Part shown: positions 58,688 to 64,000 of the stretch, piece by piece
Layout of the letters: each line of letters begins with the position of its first letter
Position numbering within the stretch: position 1 is the first letter of the stretch
Origin: Longimicrobiales bacterium
GTDB taxonomy: Bacteria; Gemmatimonadota; Gemmatimonadetes; Longimicrobiales; Gaopeijiaceae
Assembly (NCBI GenBank): GCA_965238005.1
Contig: OZ250165.1
Coordinates: 4,384,001 to 4,448,000 of the forward strand
Length of the DNA stretch: 64,000 nt
Direction: 5' to 3'
Position numbers and translations under genes: made by a program
The notes under the pieces: model-generated
Databases searched by the model: none
The model's input: the letters and a program-made list of their open reading frames with translations, nothing else
Told to the model about the DNA's origin: nothing

Positions 58688-60289
58688 GAGTCTGCGCCGC
58701 AGAAGCACAGCTGACTGAGCCGAATGGTCATCGAGCCGTCCGCGGCGAGGCGGATCCGGGTGATTGGGAGGTTGAGGACTTGTGTCTGCGACGGATCGGG
58801 AGAGCGGAATGGATGCGTTGGGGGGGGCAAGAGAGCTACGAGAGCCCTCGCGCCGGCAGATGCGGGTGAACCCTCGTGCAGTCATGCCGCCTGAAGGGTG
58901 TGCAGCCGCTTCACATTGAGTGCCAGGCACACGAGGGTCCACTCGGCCCGGACCTTCTCGAGGCCCCGGTAGCTGAATCGTCGAAAGCCCATCACTTCCT
59001 TGATCCAGCCGATGGGCGCCTCGGCCTGCGACTTTCGCCGTGCGTAGCGTCTGCGGCCATCTTCGCTCGCCAGCTTCTCCGCCATGCGGACTTTCGCCGG
59101 ATATTCCTCCTTGTCAACCGTGGGGGCGGCCTTGCCCTCCCGGGCCAGCGCCACATACCCGTCGATGTCTCGCTCTTCCAGTTCCTCGAGATCCCGCTCG
59201 TTGCAATAGCCCGTGTCCGCCAGCACCTGCGCCGGCGTCTCGCCGTACGCTTGCGCCACCGCGTCGACCATGGGCACCAGCTGGCCCTGGTCGCTCGCGT
59301 TGTCCGTCACCTCGGCCCCGACCACCAGCTGGTTCTCCCCCTCCACGACCGTCTGTGCGTTGTAGCACTGCTGGAACCCCTCCGAACTCGTCTTCATGAT
59401 CCGGCTCTCAGGGTCCGTGAAGTTGCTCTGCGCCGCCTCGTCCGGCTCTCCGTACTCCCGCTTGTAGGGCCTGCCGCCCTTCGGGTTGCGCGTCTGCCCC
59501 GGCTTGCGGCCCCGTGCGTCGTCCGCCGCTCTCTGCTCGGCTTCCAGGCGCGCCTTCGCCTCCCGGATCGCCGCCAGCCGGTCCTCGCGCCGCTTGAGCT
59601 CCTCCGGCACCTCGTCTCCGCATGCTTCCTCGCCGTAGCGCTCGTCTTCCGCTTCGTCCACCGCCTCGACCCTCTCCAACAGCCCCCGGATCTCCGCCTC
59701 CAGCCGAGGCTCCCCGGTCACCATCCGGCCGTAGCTCATCGCCTTGCGCTTGTTCGCGTTCGCCCGAACCTTCGTCCCGTCCACCGACACCCTGCCAAGC
59801 CCCGCCAGCCCCAAGGCCCGCGCGAGCATCACCACCTCCACAAACACCGCCCGGAAATCCCCGAGATGGCGCTTGCGGAACTCGCACAGCGTCCGGTGCT
59901 TCGGGAAGTTCTCCGCCGCCAGCATCCGAAACGCGACATCCTCCTCCAGCTTCCTCGCCATCTTCCGCGACGAGAAGGTGCCCGTCGCATACGCGTAGAT
60001 CAGCACCTTGACCATCATCCGAGGGTCGTACGGCGAGTTGCGCCGCCCGTCCCCCCGGTACCGCCCGTAGAACGCGCTCAGCTCCACCGCGTCCACCAGG
60101 TCGCTCACATGGTGCGCCAAATGACCCTCCGACACCCACTCCCGAAGATCCGGAGGCAGCAACAACATCTGCTCCGGATCGTACGGTCGAAATGTCGTTC
60201 CCATTCACCCCCCTCGGTGATCCGCAAGCCTTCCCAATGCCTTCGCTACCACCAAAGATAGCCGCCGCAGGGTTCTGCGGCGCAGACTC
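58688..60289 (-). mobile_element. IS1182 family insertion sequence with CTAG target duplication
   Basis: Perfect 17-bp IRs GAGTCTGCGCCGCAGAA (58688-58704) and TTCTGCGGCGCAGACTC (60273-60289), flanked by CTAG at 58684-58687 and 60290-60293. Confidence 0.92.
58882..60204 (-). CDS. IS1182 family transposase
   Basis: YDPRMM, SSRK, VDGTK..ANA, TDPESRIM, YNAQ, ADTGY, GFRRF..RG. Confidence 0.92.
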   Translation of the reverse strand: MGTTFRPYDPEQMLLLPPDLREWVSEGHLAHHVSDLVDAVELSAFYGRYRGDGRRNSPYDPRMMVKVLIYAYATGTFSSRKMARKLEEDVAFRMLAAENFPKHRTLCEFRKRHLGDFRAVFVEVVMLARALGLAGLGRVSVDGTKVRANANKRKAMSYGRMVTGEPRLEAEIRGLLERVEAVDEAEDERYGEEACGDEVPEELKRREDRLAAIREAKARLEAEQRAADDARGRKPGQTRNPKGGRPYKREYGEPDEAAQSNFTDPESRIMKTSSEGFQQCYNAQTVVEGENQLVVGAEVTDNASDQGQLVPMVDAVAQAYGETPAQVLADTGYCNERDLEELEERDIDGYVALAREGKAAPTVDKEEYPAKVRMAEKLASEDGRRRYARRKSQAEAPIGWIKEVMGFRRFSYRGLEKVRAEWTLVCLALNVKRLHTLQAA

Positions 60290-60342
60290 CTAGTGTCCCG
60301 TTACCAAAAGTGTCTCGGCCAACGGAACACTAAGAGCCTCCG

Positions 60343-60616
60343 TCAGCGTCCCTGCTCCTGGGCCAGTCGCTTGGAGATGTCGGTAACGGCGTCCACGACA
60401 CCCGTCAAGTGCCCGTCGGCATCGTGAAGTGGGCTCGAGATGACTTCCACGTCGATGGCGCCTCTGTCCTTGTGAAGGAGCGGAGCTCGGTACTGCATGC
60501 GCTTGCGCTCTCTGCGGGCGGCCATCCTCACATCGGCCTTCTTCCATCTCTTCGTGTCGAAGAGGAGCTCCTGGGCGTTCCGTCCACCGAGATCCTGCGG
60601 GCGATGCCAGGTGCGC
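60343..60616 (-). pseudogene. PAS/PAC domain fragment
   Basis: ...GRNAQELLF...LLHKDRGAIDVEVISSPLHDADGHLTGVVDAVTDISKR; no start and no output domain. Confidence 0.65.
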
Positions 60617-61935
60617 TGTGATGGGTACAGCCTACCCTGATCCTTTACACAATGGCCTACACTGATGGTTGACAGGTTCCTATCAACCAGGGTTCTGCAA
60701 CTAGGAGAGCCCGATGCACTGGAACCGGTCGACCATGTACGAGCAAAGAGTACGCTTCATCCTCGAAGTGCAGCAACGGACATTCAGTTTCTGCGAGTCC
60801 TGTAGGCGTTACGGCATCAGCAGGACCGCGGGATACACGTGGTGGAAACGGTTTCTCGTGGGAGGATTTGAAGGGCTCCACGACCGATCGCACCGACCCC
60901 ATCACTGCCCGCACGCTATAGCGGATCCGATCGTCGAACACATCGTGGATCTGCGTCAGCGCTACGGATGGGGATCACGCAAGATCCGCAAACTCACAGC
61001 CGAGAGGTTCGGCCGGGCCCCAGCTCGCAGGACGATCGACCGCATTTTCGAGCGTCACGACCTGATCACGAAGAAGCGCAGACGCTCCGGCAAACCGGGC
61101 CATCCCGGCAAGCCGCTCACTCCCATGGATGAGCCCAATGCGGTCTGGACCGTCGACTTCAAGGGCCAGTTCAAGATGCGCAACGGCCGCTACTGCTATC
61201 CCCTCACCATCCAGGACGGCTGCAGCCGATTCCTGCTCGAGTGCAGAGGGCTGTACTCCACGTCGATCGAGCTCGCAAAGCCTGTCTTCATCAGGACTTT
61301 CCGCGAGTTCGGCCTTCCCGCCGTCATCCGCTCCGACAACGGTACGCCCTTCGCTTCCATCGGCCTCGCTCGGCTCACACGTCTCAGCGCTTGGTGGATC
61401 CGTCTCGGCATCCGGCCTGAGACCATCGAGCCTGGAAAGCCGCAGCAGAACGGCCGACACGAGCGTATGCACCGAACCCTCAAGCGCGAAGCTACTCGCC
61501 CGCCGAAGGCCAACCTCAGCGCGCAGCAGCGCCACTTCAACGACTTCCTCCACATCTTCAATCACATCCGGCCGCACGAGGCTCTCGACGATGCGACTCC
61601 CGACTCCGTCTACCGATCTGCCTCTAAAGCCTACCCTGAGACCCTTCCTCCGCTCGAGTACCCCGAGCACTTCGAGGTCCGAAAGGTTTCTACGAACGGA
61701 GGGATCCGCTGGCACTCCCGTTGGATCAACGTCAGCTCAGCTCTGGGCAACGACTTCATCGGGCTCGAACCCATCGGTCCCGCTCTGTGGCAGGTCTACT
61801 TCGGACCCACTACCCTCGGGTGGTTTGACGAAGAACTCTTCGTCATTTGCGACACCCACGGTAACACAGGACGTAACCCAATCTGTTAACCATCAGCTGG
61901 CACCATTGTGTCAACGATCAGGTGCGCTGTTCACA
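60617..61935 (+). mobile_element. IS481 family insertion sequence
   Basis: TGT...ACA ends; paired subterminal repeats 25 bp apart at each end (60637/60662 and 61883/61908); no TSD. Confidence 0.8.
60714..61889 (+). CDS. IS481 family transposase
   Basis: HTH (YGISRTAGY.W..R), WTVDFKG, IRSDNG, NGRHERMHRTLK, RPHEAL. Confidence 0.92.
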   Translation: MHWNRSTMYEQRVRFILEVQQRTFSFCESCRRYGISRTAGYTWWKRFLVGGFEGLHDRSHRPHHCPHAIADPIVEHIVDLRQRYGWGSRKIRKLTAERFGRAPARRTIDRIFERHDLITKKRRRSGKPGHPGKPLTPMDEPNAVWTVDFKGQFKMRNGRYCYPLTIQDGCSRFLLECRGLYSTSIELAKPVFIRTFREFGLPAVIRSDNGTPFASIGLARLTRLSAWWIRLGIRPETIEPGKPQQNGRHERMHRTLKREATRPPKANLSAQQRHFNDFLHIFNHIRPHEALDDATPDSVYRSASKAYPETLPPLEYPEHFEVRKVSTNGGIRWHSRWINVSSALGNDFIGLEPIGPALWQVYFGPTTLGWFDEELFVICDTHGNTGRNPIC

Positions 61936-62344
61936 GTCCCACTTCCTCCAGAAGCTCTACAGCCCTTGTCCTGGACTGAGGTCGTTTCTGCCCGGCCATG
62001 TTCAGGGGGAGCTCTACGTTCTCGACAGCGCTCAGCGCATCGATTAGTCGGGCGTTCTGGAAGACGAATCCCATCTGCTTCAGACGAAAAGCCTGTAGGG
62101 CGCTGGCCTGCAACCCTTCCAGCTCGCTGTCGCAGATTCGGACGGAGCCCCGGGTCGGAGAGAGAATCCCAGCTAGGAGGCACAGGAGGGTCGTCTTGCC
62201 GCTTCCGCTGGGTCCGAGGATGAGGACGACTTCTCCGGCTTCGAGGGCAAGGTCCACCCCCTGGACAGCCTTCACCGTCTCCCCGGAGGGCCCCCGGAAC
62301 TCCTTCGTGAGCCCCTCCGCCTGAATGACCGGTCCCGGACTCAT
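61931..62344 (-). pseudogene. ABC transporter ATP-binding protein (LolD/MacB type), truncated by IS481
   Basis: Walker A GPSGSGKTT and Q-loop GFVFQ present; ends at the IS end before the LSGG signature and Walker B. Confidence 0.85.
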
Positions 62345-63456
62345 GGCCGGAATACCTCCGCGGGTTGGATCTTCCGGAGTTGGTGGAGAGGAAGGAGCAC
62401 TGCCGATACACCCAGGACGAGGGTGAAGGCGACTACGGCGAGAATGATCCGGGGAGCCGGCCAGAAGGTGAGTTGTGGCACAAAGTAGAGAAACAGGGGC
62501 ACAGAAGCGGAAAAGGCGACACCGCCCAGGACCAACCCAGCCCACACGTTCAGAAGGGCCTGGCGGACAAGTAGTCCCTCCACCCACCCCTTGGGGGCTC
62601 CGACTGCCAGAAGGAGGGCGTAGTCCTCCCGCCGCTCGATGACCCCCACGTAAAGGAGCAGGGTGAGAGTGATCCCGCCGGCTAGGCTGCTGAAGAGGGC
62701 CGTGGCCCACAAGACGGGAACCAATCCGGTCTTGAGCTCCCCCCTGTTGTTCCTGGAGAACTGCTCCTGAGTAATGGGGTTCAGCTCGGGAATGCGCCTT
62801 TTGATGGCCGCCGCCAGCTCTGTCGGGGCGATGCCTTCTTCTCCATGCACGAGCCAGAAGCTGACGATGCCGGGAAAGCCGAGAAGGTCCTGTGCGTCTT
62901 CCAGCGTTGTGAAGCTGAACTGGGTCACGAGGGCGTTGGTCCCGGAGCTGAGCCCGACGACCCTGAACATCCGGTTCTGGACCCGGATGGATTGGCCGAC
63001 CTTCAGGTCATGGATCGCGGCGAAGGCACGATCCAGGATCATCTGACCGGCGGCCAGGTTGGGGGATCCCTCCACGACCTTTGGAAGAGTGGTAGGAAGC
63101 TCCGGGTCTACGCCCAACACGAAGAAGGTCGCGGATCTGCCGTCTTTCTCGGTCCTGGCGATGGCTCTGAGAAGGGGAGCGACCCTCGCCACCTCCGGCA
63201 TGGTGTCCAGCGCTTCGCCAATGGTATTGAGCATGTACGACGAACTTCGGATGAGGTTGTTCGAGTTGATGTGGGATACCCACACATCGACATCACGCGA
63301 GGCCACGTAGCCGTTGGCCTCCCGCTGCACCCCTTCCAAAACGGTAAAGAGAAAGAGGACCAGGGACACGGCTGCCCCCACGCCCATTGCGGTGACCACG
63401 AATCGAGCCCGATCTCAGGCAAGGAGGCGCCTGCTCAGCGGAACTTCACGCCCCAT
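62341..63456 (-). pseudogene. ABC transporter permease (MacB/FtsX type) with an early in-frame TGA
   Basis: MGREVPLSRRLLA*DRARFVVTAMGVG: TGA at 63415-63417; remainder has the TM, periplasmic and FtsX-like layout. Confidence 0.7.
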
Positions 63457-63507
63457 GAGCCTTGGCTTGGGCTCCTCCGGCGGATTGGCGTCTCTCGTGT
63501 TCATGCG

Positions 63508-64000
63508 TCAGAACGTGCCCATATCGACGAATGGGACCTCATCGCCTGTGAGTTTTGGCCCACTCTCCTTGTGACCGGCCAGGAAGATCTGGCTGGGGGA
63601 GACATGGCGCCACAGTCCCCGGAGGGCGCTCTTCAGTGGGTCCTCCCTGGAAAACGCAGCCTGAAGGACGTGGTATCCACTGCCGTGGTACCGGTCGAGG
63701 GCCGCGACCATCAGTGCCCGAAAAACTCCGGGATCACCCTCCTCTACCGCCGGCCACCGGAGAGTCAGCCGGCCCAGAGCGGCGCCCGGTGCGGGAAGGT
63801 GGGGTACGGAAGGGGAGAACAGGGATGCCGTCCGGAAGACCACTCGGAGGGGTAGGCTCTTGAGGGGGAACTTCAGGACTACGGTCTCCCGACTGTTTCC
63901 GTCGTCCGAGAAGGCGGCAACTCCCCGGAGCCGGCTTCCCTTTTCCGCCAGGAACCAGTTCTCCAGGCTCAACCCTTCGCCCGTTCGCCAGCTTCGAGTC
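63508..64000 (-). CDS. Hypothetical protein, C-terminal part (partial)
   Basis: Open frame from near the window edge to a stop at 63508. Confidence 0.5.
   Translation of the reverse strand, partial: TRSWRTGEGLSLENWFLAEKGSRLRGVAAFSDDGNSRETVVLKFPLKSLPLRVVFRTASLFSPSVPHLPAPGAALGRLTLRWPAVEEGDPGVFRALMVAALDRYHGSGYHVLQAAFSREDPLKSALRGLWRHVSPSQIFLAGHKESGPKLTGDEVPFVDMGTF

Noticed and set aside
60608..60619. 12-bp target-site duplication of IS481
   Set aside because: The right-hand copy lies inside the inverted repeat, so it cannot be a TSD.
63415..63417. Selenocysteine or readthrough TGA in the ABC permease
   Set aside because: The position is not a redox site, it most simply derives from CGA, and the partner ATPase is already truncated.
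1..64000. CRISPR array, prophage, retron/RT, DGR or restriction system
   Set aside because: No regularly spaced repeats and no cas, RT, phage structural or methyltransferase motifs were seen by eye.

Overview
GC-rich bacterial chromosomal segment containing the replication origin region. Protein style suggests Gemmatimonadota; this is an inference, not a database result. Core content: rpmH-rnpA-yidD-yidC-mnmE-acyP-mnmG divergent from dnaA-oriC-dnaN; two parS sites upstream of a parA-parB-M23 peptidase-bactofilin-(DnaA-box cluster)-nif3 run; lipA-pdhABC with lpdA separated by lemA/DUF2207/NTT-like transporter; ispH; glcDEF; an NSAR/OSBS + GNAT + M20 (D- to L-amino acid conversion-like) cluster with a MarR gene preceded by four operator-like palindromes; rtcB; a PilB/GspE ATPase; several peptidases; and a sigma-54 two-component envelope cluster. 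The window ends in IS1182 and IS481 elements and a decayed ABC transporter. Unexplained structure: (i) several intergenic patches are mosaics of short fragments from unrelated genes, one with scrambled order; (ii) a non-canonical DnaA box (NNTTCCACA) at oriC, in the dnaA promoter and in a distal cluster; (iii) a two-copy spaced palindromic motif 40 kb apart; (iv) a tRNA-Ala 3' half (att-like scar). No CRISPR, rRNA, intact tRNA, prophage, retron or recognisable defence system was seen, and no clearly new system can be established from sequence alone.
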